Below are positions 18,499 through 28,119 of a stretch of 64,000 bases of DNA, one piece after another. The position numbers and the translations under genes are program-made. The stretch lies in the IMG/VR virus record IMGVR_UViG_2667527224_000001; one strand, written 5' to 3'. The first letter of the stretch is position 1, and each line of letters opens with the position of its first letter. The notes below the pieces were generated by a model. That model made no database searches. It was not told where the DNA came from and saw only the letters and a list, made by a program, of their open reading frames with translations. The DNA is from a virus.

Positions 18499-18878
18499 TA
18501 GTAATCCTTCCAAGTTGCGGAGAAAGTTACGCCAGCCGCCTGTGCAACGAGCAGTGAAACGTCGAGCGTTTCGTTTGCGCCAAGCTCAATAGGAGTCGAT
18601 GGAGTGATATCAAACGCTACTTGTGGCAGCTTTGCGGTGAGCGCAGACGTATAAGCGGGTAGAGTTTCAGAGCGCAAAACTTTACCCGCTTTATTCACGT
18701 TGATGCCGCTTGCCGTAACAGTACCCTTCGGTGTTGCTCGGATGCTTGTAACAACGCAACCGTTTGCACCAGCAGTCACAAGAATCGTCCCGGCAGTCCC
18801 CACGGCGGTAGCTGCAGTGAGATCAACAGCGTTTGTCTTCGGAGTTTGAGCAAAGGGAGCAGTGAATGTGTTTGGCAT
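18498..18878 (-). CDS. Tail-tip hypothetical
   Basis: ORF in tail operon, beta-rich. Confidence 0.65.
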   Translation of the reverse strand: MPNTFTAPFAQTPKTNAVDLTAATAVGTAGTILVTAGANGCVVTSIRATPKGTVTASGINVNKAGKVLRSETLPAYTSALTAKLPQVAFDITPSTPIELGANETLDVSLLVAQAAGVTFSATWKDY

Positions 18879-18887
18879 GATGGTTCC

Positions 18888-19319
18888 TTAGAATGACAGA
18901 GCGACGGAGTGCATAAGGGCGAGGTTGCCAATCGAGCCTTGCGCGGACTCAGCGGCTGTGGCGGATGCGGCGGCGTTACTGGCCTGCACGGCTGCTTTAT
19001 TGGCTTGGGCAGCAGCCAAGGCCACCTGCTCCGCGCCATTGTTGGTAGCGTCGATGGCCGATTGCGCCGCGGCATTTTTCGAGGAGTTCGCGGCAGCAGC
19101 TGAGTCGGCCGCTGCGCCGGCAGAAGTGGCGGCGGCATTTTTGTAGCTCTCAGCCGCATTCACCTGGGTGGCGACCCAGGAAAGCGAAATATTAAGCTGA
19201 GGGACCATCAACTGCTGAGCGGTAAGCGATGCGCCGGACTTGATGTCAAATACCGATTCCGGGTCAGTTGGCAGTGGCGGATCTGGAAGAAGATCGATTA
19301 CAGGCGCTGTGACTGCCAT
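18888..19319 (-). CDS. Tail-tip protein with Ala-rich linker
   Basis: ORF in tail operon. Confidence 0.65.
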   Translation of the reverse strand: MAVTAPVIDLLPDPPLPTDPESVFDIKSGASLTAQQLMVPQLNISLSWVATQVNAAESYKNAAATSAGAAADSAAAANSSKNAAAQSAIDATNNGAEQVALAAAQANKAAVQASNAAASATAAESAQGSIGNLALMHSVALSF

Positions 19320-20233
19320 TAGTTAAGGCTCCGTGTTTCAAGGGAGTAGTTGGCGCGTCCATAGGTTGGAAGCCCCATAGCCAGGCGCTCGAAGCGCCCG
19401 GCGATAATTGTGTAATCCAGATTCTCGCTGCCGACGTACAGCGCGACGGTATCGCTGAGCGGAACGAGAGTTCGCCTGACGCTTGAGACCTCTTCCGATG
19501 AGAGGACGATGTCGAAGCTGATCATTTGTCTCTTGCCGCGCGGAATGATGGTGACGTTGCCGAAGTCGTCTTCCTTGACGCTTGAGAAGCTTTCGTCGGC
19601 AATGCTGCTCCCGTGCACGGCAGTGCCAATCGTCTTGGCCATGCCGATAACCATCATGCCGATCCTGGCCGTACTTCCTGGCGCCAGGGCAATGACCCGG
19701 ATATCAGCGCCACTGAATGGCGGAAGGTCGAAGCGTGCGACGTTGTCCTTCGTCTTGAACTCGCCGAAGTAGTACTGATACCAGCTTCCCCCTGCCTTCG
19801 TAGACATGGCGAAGGTTTGGTCGTAAACCACCGATCCGCCAACAATCATCTGGATCTGCACAGAGGCGGCGCGAACCCCAACCAGCCCAATGGAGTTGAT
19901 CCGCTTGCCGGGGCGAACGGTCAGATCGATGCTTTCGGGGTTTGATGTGAACGTGCCGATGGTCCATGTGTTGCCGGCCCGCTTGTTGAACATCTTCCAG
20001 CGGTTGGTTGGCCCGAGGTCGAGCCATGCCGGAGGGGATACGGTATCCGTCTCCGGGTTTCTCCCGGTGTTTGCGACCAAGGCCTCGTAGTTGCGATGGT
20101 TTAGCATCACCTTGTCGCTGACCTTGTATGCCGTGGCGACCAGCCACAGCGCGTTATCCGTCTCCGGCACGTTGTTGCTGATCATGGCGACAGGCGCTAT
20201 CTCGACCGGTGGAACGACCTTCATAACGCTCAT
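19319..20233 (-). CDS. Distal-tail-like protein with carbohydrate-binding-like N motif
   Basis: W..ATAYKVSDKV...NYEAL...PPAWLDLG resembles CBM5/12; follows tape measure. Confidence 0.55.
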   Translation of the reverse strand: MSVMKVVPPVEIAPVAMISNNVPETDNALWLVATAYKVSDKVMLNHRNYEALVANTGRNPETDTVSPPAWLDLGPTNRWKMFNKRAGNTWTIGTFTSNPESIDLTVRPGKRINSIGLVGVRAASVQIQMIVGGSVVYDQTFAMSTKAGGSWYQYYFGEFKTKDNVARFDLPPFSGADIRVIALAPGSTARIGMMVIGMAKTIGTAVHGSSIADESFSSVKEDDFGNVTIIPRGKRQMISFDIVLSSEEVSSVRRTLVPLSDTVALYVGSENLDYTIIAGRFERLAMGLPTYGRANYSLETRSLN

Positions 20234-23200
20234 GCGGCCTCCGTTTTAACTGTGTTGACGACCTGCACGCCCGACTCATTAATCTGCGTCGTGTTGTAGG
20301 CCGTCTTTTCCATGTGCTTGGTGAGGAACGCCAAGTCGTTATGAATATCCGCGCGCAACTGGCGCAGCTCGGCGATGGTTGCGGCTGAATCACCGGAACC
20401 ACTGGGCGTTGCTGCCGTCTGGGTGACGCTGTAGACCCGGGTCGGTGTTGCTGACTTCGCACCTGGCCCAGCAATTCCGCCACCCGCGAATGCAGGCAGC
20501 TTGCGGCCGTTCATTTGATCCAGAAGGTCGGTTCCGTAGGTGCGCACTGCGTCAGCAGTCAGCACGTATTCGCCATTGGAAAGGCGAGCAATGATGCTGT
20601 CGCTGGTGCCAGTACCCGGTCCCGAGATCAGGCCGCCAGTTGCGTAGCCGGCCTTGACCTTCTCTTTATTTTCCTTGGCTGCATTGGCGATTGCCTGGGC
20701 CAGCTGGTCAAGAGTGATATCCCCCTTGGAAACCTGGCCCAGCCAATAATCCCTGCCAGCTTTATCAGCGTCGCGCCCGAGTAGCTCCGTGTAGATGGTG
20801 TCGATATAGGCGCCGTTGGTGGTGGCGGAGTTCGTTGTACCCTTCCCGCCCATGCCGGCCAGTGCCGCTATAACTGCCATGTTCATAGCGCTGATTGCAT
20901 CTGCCACGCTCTTGACCGAGTTATCAATGCCGTTGAGCGCATCCATCTGCGCCTGGGCGAAGGCAAGCTGATCGTCGAACTTGGCCATTTGCAGCTTGTA
21001 GTCGTCCTCGGCCAGGTCTAGCTGATCCTGCAAGTACTCGACCGTCTGCTCGGCGGTGGTCAGTTGCTTGCCGTTCAGCTTGTTGAGTTCGGCGACCTCG
21101 TTGACAGTCCGACCCTGGTCCCGCTGGAAGTCTTCCATCGAGCGATACAGGTCGGTGTTGTTGCTTCCGAGGGTGTCGAGCGCATCGCTCAGCCCAGCAA
21201 ATTCCGCGAGAGACCCGCCTGCCCGCGCCTTGCTCAAAGCACTTTGCAGCGTGGCCTGAGCCTGGTTGCGCAGCGCCTTAACCGTCTCGTCTGAGTCGCC
21301 GCGCAGTTGCTTCAGCGCAGAGCCCAGGCTATTGCTGACACCGGTCAGGTCGCTGACGTTCTTGCTTGCCGTGCTGGCCATGTCGTTGAGTGAGGTGACC
21401 CGGGCGTTATAGGCCGCGGTCACGTTCTTCTGCTCAGCTGCGATAGCTCGCTGTAGGGCTCCGTTTGATCCAGTAACCGCCCCCATCAGAGCGTCAGCGA
21501 TTGCTTGAGCAGCCTGGGTAGCACGCTGCTCAAGGATCGTGTAAGCCTGCGAGGCATTGCCGGCCAGACCTGTCATCGTGACAAACATCTGCTGACCGGC
21601 AGTTGTCGTCATGTCCAGCGCTTCAATGACGGCCCGGTACGCATCGCGCGTATCAGGAAGCGCCAGGCCGAGCGCAGCAAACTGCTTGCCTACTGCGGCG
21701 AGCGTGTCGTCCGCCTTCTCGGTGTCGCTGAAGAAGTTTTCGTAGTAGGTGCCTGCGTTCTTGGTCAACGACTCAAGGCCGCCGGCCATCGCCGAAAGCC
21801 GCTCAGCCAGCAGGCCGCCGCTCACACTGAAGTCGTACAGATCGACGTTCAGGTTTTCCAGTACATCGTTGACGCTGTAAAGGTTGTTAACGAAGGTGGT
21901 CAGCCCTTCGAAAGTTCGGCCGCCAAGTCCTGCGCCAACCGCTGAATCGACAGCGGTAACCATCGAGTCAGCAACGCCGCCAAACCACTTAGCGATCTCT
22001 TCCTGGATCTGCTCGGCCGTCTTGTCCTTGGTGCTGATCTGAGTGGAGGCGACATTCAGGCCATCTAGCACTCCGTCATTCAGCTTGACGTTGAGACGAT
22101 CAAACAGCGTTAGGACAGAGTTCTCGGTGGCGTCGTAGGTGTTATCGAGCGCCGCCTGCATTTCAGGATCGAGCACAGAAAGCCGAGTGCGTTTCTTGTT
22201 CTTGCCGAAGAGGCCGCCCTTTTTCTTCTGGTACTCATACTGGCTGGCATTGAGGTCGCCACCCTCTACGCCTACCTGGATGCCTTGGTCCTTAGTTGTC
22301 CATTCGCCGGCAAACAACTTTGAGCCGAATGCCGCACCCAATGCCGCACCAATGACCGTACCGATACCAGGCAGAACAGAGCCCATCGCTGCACCCATTG
22401 CCGTACCGCTCAAGGCGCTTGCTGCAGCTGTGCCGGCGATCGTGCCAGCCGTTGCGCCACCCCATCCGCCAAGCCCTCCAGCAACTGCGCCCTTCACGCC
22501 AGAGTTCTGATAGCCCTGAATCGCGCCACCAATACCGCCGGCAGCAGCTCCAAAGCTAGCGGCCGCACCTCCCCATGTTGATCCTGTTTGAGCTGCCGAC
22601 CAGTTCGCCATTTGCGAACCGGTATATCCGGCCTGCGTCGCTCCTTGCGCAGCGCTACTTGCAGCCCCTCCACTGCTGCCGAACAGACTGCTCAGCCCGC
22701 TATTGACGTAGCTGGACCCATTGCTCAGCGCGCCCTTCATGCCGCCAAGGAATCCCTCGCCAGCATTCCAGCCTGCAGCGACAGTGCTGCCAAATCCAGA
22801 TGTAGCAGTGCTGTAGATCCCGCGCCCAGCGCTAAGCATGGACTCGAAATCCATCGATCCGCCGGATCCACTAGACCCCGCAGAGCTTGCGCCTGCTGTC
22901 GAGCTTGAAGATACGCCAAACATTCCAAGAACGGACGGCATCACCTTCGACTTGATCGCAATCCGTGCGAAGTCAGCGATGATCGAATCAGCAAAGTCCT
23001 TAATGGACGCTTTCCCAGTCGTGGCGAAGCTGACCAACACATCTTCCAGGCTTTTGAATGCACTGGTGAATGCCGACTTCGTCTGCCCTGCTACGTCCTT
23101 GACCTGCTCCAGATAGGTCGCGTAGGCCGATGAGGCACCGTTGAGCCAGTTGGTTTGCTCGGCCTCTACAGCGCCGTAGTACTCCTTCTGCATTGCCAGG

Positions 23201-25905
23201 CGCTGAGCCAGGGCCTCGCGTACTGCGGCCGTCTCCTGCTGGTAAACGCTGTCATCGATCTGGTTTTTGTTCTTCTGAGCCAGCAGCTTGTCGAGCTTGT
23301 CCTGATACTCCTGCTGGATCTTGATGTCTTCTTGCAGGCGTTTGCGCGCCTCGTCACCCATGCCGACACCGGCCACCGACAAGGCCAATTGCTTCTTGGT
23401 AGTCGCAAGCTGGTCATCCAGCGCGTCAATGTAGGTTTGGACGGCAGCGGCCTGCTTCTTGAGCCGGCCCTCTTCATTTGTCGACAGGACGTTGAGCTGG
23501 GTGTCAGCGTCCTGCTGAGCCTTGACCATGTTGGTACGCGCGTCGGCGATCTTCTGGTCAAGCGCGATACGCTGCTCGGCCGAAGTGCTTTTTTTGCCCT
23601 TGGCCGCTTCGAGCGCGTCAATTTCAGCCTGATAGGCTGCAGTGATCTTTCCTTTTTCCTGTTCGACCAGGGCCGCGCTCTGCTCGCTGTAGTCCTTTTG
23701 CGAGAGCAGGCCGCTTTTCTGCGCAGCGTTCAGTTTCTGCTGGGCGTTGTCGTACTCGCTGGTAATCAGTTTCAGCTTGTTCTGGGCGTCGTTGAATCCG
23801 GACAGATCGACAGATCCTGCAGTCGTCTTGGCATCCTTGTACTTGGCGTTAATAGCCTCCCTTTGCTGGTCAATGCTGGCTTGTGTAAGCCTTGCATTAT
23901 TGGGATCTGACTTGCGTAGATCAGCAATCTCCTTATTTAGGCTGTCGATCTCATCCTTACGCTTGTCGCTGTTTGATCTTGTCGCCTTCTTTCTGGCATC
24001 AAGGGCATCAATTGCCTTTTGTCCAGCCAGCTCAACTGCGGCGCGCTCTTTCTGTTTTGTTGCGTAATCAGCCTCGGCAGCATCCTTCACTTCAAGGCCG
24101 CGAATGTAATCCCTGAGGCTTTGCTTGCCCTTTTCACCAATATAAACAAGATCCTCGCCGGGAATCATTTCACTGCCGCCGCGAGTCTCAAGCCTCGACA
24201 AGGTATCTTTTGCCGTCTGGATTCGCTCAGAGTTAGTCGGTGCGCGACCGACATTCTTTAAGCTATCAGCAGCCCTCGCCACTGCGTTATAGCCCTTCTC
24301 CCAAAGGCTAAGGTTTTCCAAGATCTTCGGCGTGCGGTCATTAATCGCGTCGGCATATTGCTCAGTGGCAAGCTTGACTGCGCCGGCATGATTGCCCTGC
24401 TCTTCCAGAGCTACGATTTGTGAGTAAACCGATGCAGTAAGATAGTTGTACTGCTCATTGAGTGCTGCCGAGGCTTTGACTGGGTCGCCGGCAAGCTTGT
24501 TGAACTCGGCAACTGTTTCGCTTACTGCTTTGCCGGTTGCCTCCTGCATGGAAACTGCCGCCTTAGCAACATCTAGGTAGCTGTCGCTTGCGATCTTTCC
24601 GCCGGAAGCAAGGCTAGCCAAAACTTCAGCCGCCGCCCCGGTCGAGCCAACTGTTGCGCTAACTTGGCGAGCCATGTCACCAAGCTGGCCGGCGGTCATG
24701 CCGGCAGAATTACCAGTTAGGATCAGCGACTTGCTGTACGCATCAGCCTCTTGGCTGCCTTTGTAGTAGGCGACTCCAAGACCCACAGCGGCTGCTGCCG
24801 CCAGAGTGAATGGATTAATCAGGCCAGCGACATAGCCACCCATGGCCTTCGCCGCTGGGCCGATGCCGCCGAACATATCCTTGAGCTGACCGCCCTGCTG
24901 GATGAGGACAGTCATCGGCGCTTGGCCGCCTTGCAGGCTGGTGAAAATATCCGTGAACTGCGCAGGGAGCTGACGCAGCGCCGCAGTTGTCTGCGCGGAA
25001 GAAACACCGGTTTTCTGAAGGCTGTCGTCGAAAGTGCCGAGTCGTTGTCGGGCCTGATCCAGCTTCGCGGTGTACTTGGCGAACTCTCCGTCAGGCAAAA
25101 TTCCAGCGGCGTTAAATTTGGAGAGCTGGTCCTGGGCTGTGTCGAGCTTTTTCAGTGCCGCAACTGTCGGATCGATCTTGCCGAGCAGCTCTGCGAGATC
25201 CCTCGCTTGCGCTTCCGTAGCAGCAGACGCCTTTTGCGAGGATGCAGTGCTTCGATCTGTAGCAACGGCGAGAGCATCAGACTCCGCCTTGAAGCGCTTC
25301 TGCATCGCAGCGTAATCAGTGCCTGAAGATTTCGCCGCTTCAAGTGCAGACGTATTGCTGCTAATGCTGGCCGTGACTCGCTGGTAATACTCGCTAGCGT
25401 CCAGGGATGATTTGGCCATGGCGGTAAGACGGGCCAGTGCAGCATCAGCCGACTCGGACAGTTTGCCTTCGGCAGATGACAGGCCATTAGCGGCAGCTGC
25501 AGCCTTATCAAACCCAGCGGCAATACCAGCTGCAGCCTTCCCAGTCTTTTCGCTGGACTGAGCAATCTTGTCCTGTGCAGCGCTCACCGCCTCGCTCTGT
25601 GCCCGGTAGCTGCCCATTGAGGCGGCAGCGGACTGAAACGAACTGGACGCCGCCGAAATAGAGCGCCCGATATCTGCCATCAATTTGGCGGTAGCGTCTT
25701 GCTTGGCGTTGAGTGTCTGTAGCTCTTTGGCAATCTGCTGAGTATTGGTTGCCATACCGCCGATTGCCTGCTCCCAGGCCCTGCCGGTGCGCTTGACGCT
25801 GTCCTCGCTCCGCTTGCCGGCCTCCGTCATCTTGTCGAGGTCGTCAGCGGCCTGCGCGGCATCGGAGGAATCGACGCGAATCCCTAGCTCGGCAATCGAG
25901 GTCAT
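20230..25905 (-). CDS. Tape measure protein (1891 aa) with C-terminal DUF4214-like motif
   Basis: Length, TMP core (LPAQFTDI..SL.GGQ.P..V.IQQGGQ), lambda-like C domain, Gly-rich TM zone. Confidence 0.92.
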   Translation of the reverse strand: MTSIAELGIRVDSSDAAQAADDLDKMTEAGKRSEDSVKRTGRAWEQAIGGMATNTQQIAKELQTLNAKQDATAKLMADIGRSISAASSSFQSAAASMGSYRAQSEAVSAAQDKIAQSSEKTGKAAAGIAAGFDKAAAAANGLSSAEGKLSESADAALARLTAMAKSSLDASEYYQRVTASISSNTSALEAAKSSGTDYAAMQKRFKAESDALAVATDRSTASSQKASAATEAQARDLAELLGKIDPTVAALKKLDTAQDQLSKFNAAGILPDGEFAKYTAKLDQARQRLGTFDDSLQKTGVSSAQTTAALRQLPAQFTDIFTSLQGGQAPMTVLIQQGGQLKDMFGGIGPAAKAMGGYVAGLINPFTLAAAAAVGLGVAYYKGSQEADAYSKSLILTGNSAGMTAGQLGDMARQVSATVGSTGAAAEVLASLASGGKIASDSYLDVAKAAVSMQEATGKAVSETVAEFNKLAGDPVKASAALNEQYNYLTASVYSQIVALEEQGNHAGAVKLATEQYADAINDRTPKILENLSLWEKGYNAVARAADSLKNVGRAPTNSERIQTAKDTLSRLETRGGSEMIPGEDLVYIGEKGKQSLRDYIRGLEVKDAAEADYATKQKERAAVELAGQKAIDALDARKKATRSNSDKRKDEIDSLNKEIADLRKSDPNNARLTQASIDQQREAINAKYKDAKTTAGSVDLSGFNDAQNKLKLITSEYDNAQQKLNAAQKSGLLSQKDYSEQSAALVEQEKGKITAAYQAEIDALEAAKGKKSTSAEQRIALDQKIADARTNMVKAQQDADTQLNVLSTNEEGRLKKQAAAVQTYIDALDDQLATTKKQLALSVAGVGMGDEARKRLQEDIKIQQEYQDKLDKLLAQKNKNQIDDSVYQQETAAVREALAQRLAMQKEYYGAVEAEQTNWLNGASSAYATYLEQVKDVAGQTKSAFTSAFKSLEDVLVSFATTGKASIKDFADSIIADFARIAIKSKVMPSVLGMFGVSSSSTAGASSAGSSGSGGSMDFESMLSAGRGIYSTATSGFGSTVAAGWNAGEGFLGGMKGALSNGSSYVNSGLSSLFGSSGGAASSAAQGATQAGYTGSQMANWSAAQTGSTWGGAAASFGAAAGGIGGAIQGYQNSGVKGAVAGGLGGWGGATAGTIAGTAAASALSGTAMGAAMGSVLPGIGTVIGAALGAAFGSKLFAGEWTTKDQGIQVGVEGGDLNASQYEYQKKKGGLFGKNKKRTRLSVLDPEMQAALDNTYDATENSVLTLFDRLNVKLNDGVLDGLNVASTQISTKDKTAEQIQEEIAKWFGGVADSMVTAVDSAVGAGLGGRTFEGLTTFVNNLYSVNDVLENLNVDLYDFSVSGGLLAERLSAMAGGLESLTKNAGTYYENFFSDTEKADDTLAAVGKQFAALGLALPDTRDAYRAVIEALDMTTTAGQQMFVTMTGLAGNASQAYTILEQRATQAAQAIADALMGAVTGSNGALQRAIAAEQKNVTAAYNARVTSLNDMASTASKNVSDLTGVSNSLGSALKQLRGDSDETVKALRNQAQATLQSALSKARAGGSLAEFAGLSDALDTLGSNNTDLYRSMEDFQRDQGRTVNEVAELNKLNGKQLTTAEQTVEYLQDQLDLAEDDYKLQMAKFDDQLAFAQAQMDALNGIDNSVKSVADAISAMNMAVIAALAGMGGKGTTNSATTNGAYIDTIYTELLGRDADKAGRDYWLGQVSKGDITLDQLAQAIANAAKENKEKVKAGYATGGLISGPGTGTSDSIIARLSNGEYVLTADAVRTYGTDLLDQMNGRKLPAFAGGGIAGPGAKSATPTRVYSVTQTAATPSGSGDSAATIAELRQLRADIHNDLAFLTKHMEKTAYNTTQINESGVQVVNTVKTEAA

Positions 25906-25920
25906 GTGTTTCTCCGGGCA

Positions 25921-25978
25921 ATAAAAAACCGGCTCGAGGCCGGCTTTGAGGCAATAAAAAACCCGCCTAAGCGGGTTC
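25921..25978 (-). terminator. Two tandem intrinsic terminators
   Basis: ACCCGC-TTAG-GCGGGT-T6 and AGCCGG-CCTCGAG-CCGG-T6 on minus strand. Confidence 0.7.
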
Positions 25979-25998
25979 GGTGGTTCTGGGTATTGCTT

Positions 25999-26622
25999 CT
26001 ATATCTTGCAGCGCATCGCTCCAGCTGAAACCTGCTCGCTCAACTGGCGCGCAGCGTCATCGATAGCCACAGCCATTGCCTCTTCAAGCTCGGGAAAGCC
26101 TATGGCTGCGTAGTTCATGTTCTTGGAACTACGGCCTACTACTGAAAGCCGCTGCTTTTCGCCGCCGCAATACGAAACATCAGCGCCAACCTTGATCATT
26201 GCCACCGTGTCAGCAGTCATGGCGAACGACGCGAGAGGGATAAACATCCCGGTGCGGTGGGCCGCAGCGTCGTCTGTACCAAGCTCAATGTCAGCACTGA
26301 CGGGCTCAATCTTTACCGAAGCCGGAGCGCCGTCGTCCCGGTCACCAATCCGAGTGTCAGGCATGGCCGAAGATACGTAGGACTGAATCGACTTAGTCAG
26401 CGGGGAGCCTACGGCTACATCCAGCTTTGCCGAACTCCACTTATTGCCAACAGGCTTGACCTGGATGACCTTCTGCTGGAATTGCTGGCCAGCCACAATC
26501 TGAGCTGTTGCACCCTTCACAGGTGTGACAATTAGCTGCTGACCTTTCGGCTTTGGCGCGATCTGAACAGCAGAACAACCAGCCAGCAAAGCAACCAGAC
26601 ACAGCGCAACAATTCCCTTCAT
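25999..26622 (-). CDS. Lipoprotein cargo inside tail operon
   Basis: MKGIVALCLVALLAGC lipobox. Confidence 0.75.
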   Translation of the reverse strand: MKGIVALCLVALLAGCSAVQIAPKPKGQQLIVTPVKGATAQIVAGQQFQQKVIQVKPVGNKWSSAKLDVAVGSPLTKSIQSYVSSAMPDTRIGDRDDGAPASVKIEPVSADIELGTDDAAAHRTGMFIPLASFAMTADTVAMIKVGADVSYCGGEKQRLSVVGRSSKNMNYAAIGFPELEEAMAVAIDDAARQLSEQVSAGAMRCKI

Positions 26623-26684
26623 GGCGACATCCTCGATTAAGTTCCGGCAATCTACCACTATCGCGAGACACCTCCAAAACGCGC

Positions 26685-26951
26685 CTATCTCTCACGTTTG
26701 ACTTGCATTACCTCAAGCGCCGCCATTTCCATGGTGCGGATATCTTCGAAGGTGTGGATTCGCTCAGCCTTGGGGATACCCTGTAGTCGCATTACAGGCT
26801 CAAGCGCCACGTAGTCGAGGCCGGTAGCCCCAGCCATGCCCGTACGCCACTGTGTCTGCATCGCTGCAAAGCACTCGAAGGACGCCCAGCAATCCGGCCA
26901 CACCTCGACTTCTACCTCGAAGTCTTCAGCGCTGAATCCGAACGCCGCCAT
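26685..26951 (-). CDS. Tail chaperone T-part (DUF1799-like), -1 frameshift extension
   Basis: TQWRTGMAGATGLDY; in -1 frame from A AAA AAC. Confidence 0.8.
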   Translation of the reverse strand: MAAFGFSAEDFEVEVEVWPDCWASFECFAAMQTQWRTGMAGATGLDYVALEPVMRLQGIPKAERIHTFEDIRTMEMAALEVMQVKRER

Positions 26952-26998
26952 TTCATCCTCGGCCGCCGCGCCCTGATACAGGGCGCGAGCCGAGGCGA

Positions 26999-27310
26999 TC
27001 AGTTTTTTTGGCGAGCCTGCTTCAGCTCATCGTGATAGGCGACCAGCAGAACCATCGGCGCACCGTAGAAGTTCTGGATCAGCAATTCCAGCGACTCGCG
27101 GTTGAATGGGTCTTCGATGTTCCAGCCGACCAGGATGTCTTCAAGCATTTCCAGATCGGTCATCTTCGCCATGGTTTTTCCCCACGCCGCGAGTTGATCA
27201 CGGGTGCGGTGCTTGAATTCGAATTCAAGCTCGACGGATTCGCCGCCGTGTACTGGCATCTGGATCTTTGCTTTGAAGGTTGGCTTTACTGCGAGGCTGA
27301 ACTTGGCCAT
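26999..27310 (-). CDS. Tail assembly chaperone (G-like)
   Basis: Position, size, terminal slippery site. Confidence 0.8.
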   Translation of the reverse strand: MAKFSLAVKPTFKAKIQMPVHGGESVELEFEFKHRTRDQLAAWGKTMAKMTDLEMLEDILVGWNIEDPFNRESLELLIQNFYGAPMVLLVAYHDELKQARQKN

Positions 27311-27373
27311 GTGTGGCTCCTTATGGGGTCAGAAAATAAGGCGGGGGAACGTCTCCCCCACCTTTGCCGCTAT

Positions 27374-28021
27374 TTAAGAGGCGTAACGGGTTGGACGGGA
27401 CAGCAGGGAGAAGGACGAGTTAACGGTGTCGACCTGGCCCTTGTTCTTGGTCGGCGTCTCGTTCAACGACACATAGCCGTAGTAGTAAATCTTCGAGCCG
27501 TTCTTGTTCACCATCATCAGAGGGCGAATGGCGCGGGCATCAGCAGCCTTTTTCAGGGCCTGATAACCGACCAAAGATGGGTCATCGCCGATCTCCATGG
27601 ACAGGCTCTGCGCCGAGTACATGGTCGGGATCTGGATCTCGAAGTCTGCTTCCAGCGGCGACACGGTGGCGTACTGCTGATCGCCGCCCGAGGTGCTGAT
27701 GCCGATCACCTGGGTGATCTGGGTAAAGGTCAGCACTTTGGTTGCGCTGCCAGCCGAGGTGCCAGCAGGGAATGCGGTGGTATCGCTGGTGTCCAGGCCT
27801 TCAAGCTCGAAGGTGCTGGCCAGTGGGTTGGCTACGCGAAATACGCGCTCGTTGATGCGCTGCCAGCCGCTCTTTACGGTGATGATGTCGCCAGCCGACA
27901 GGCTGTGACCGGCTGCGGTTGCAACGGCGGTTGTGGCGTTGCTGATCGCGGTGATCGATACCGGGGTGCCGAAGGTGGTGCCCAGGTGAATGGTGGTGCC
28001 GTCAGGGATCGAGAAAGCTAT
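27374..28021 (-). CDS. Major tail tube protein; apparent start codon ATA
   Basis: AFSIPDGTTIHLGT...; AAAGGA RBS 6 nt before ATA at 28021. Confidence 0.8.
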   Translation of the reverse strand: MAFSIPDGTTIHLGTTFGTPVSITAISNATTAVATAAGHSLSAGDIITVKSGWQRINERVFRVANPLASTFELEGLDTSDTTAFPAGTSAGSATKVLTFTQITQVIGISTSGGDQQYATVSPLEADFEIQIPTMYSAQSLSMEIGDDPSLVGYQALKKAADARAIRPLMMVNKNGSKIYYYGYVSLNETPTKNKGQVDTVNSSFSLLSRPTRYAS

Positions 28022-28119
28022 GGTAGTTCCTTTGCGGCCGCATGGACCGACGCTGAGTTTCGCCCGAACGGGCAATAAAAAACCCGCTCAAGGCGGGTTG
28101 TGGTGTTGCGGCAACTGGG

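Noticed and set aside
28022-28075. TTG start of tail tube gene from the ORF track
   Set aside because: Adjacent to a terminator, no RBS; the RBS sits before the ATA at 28021
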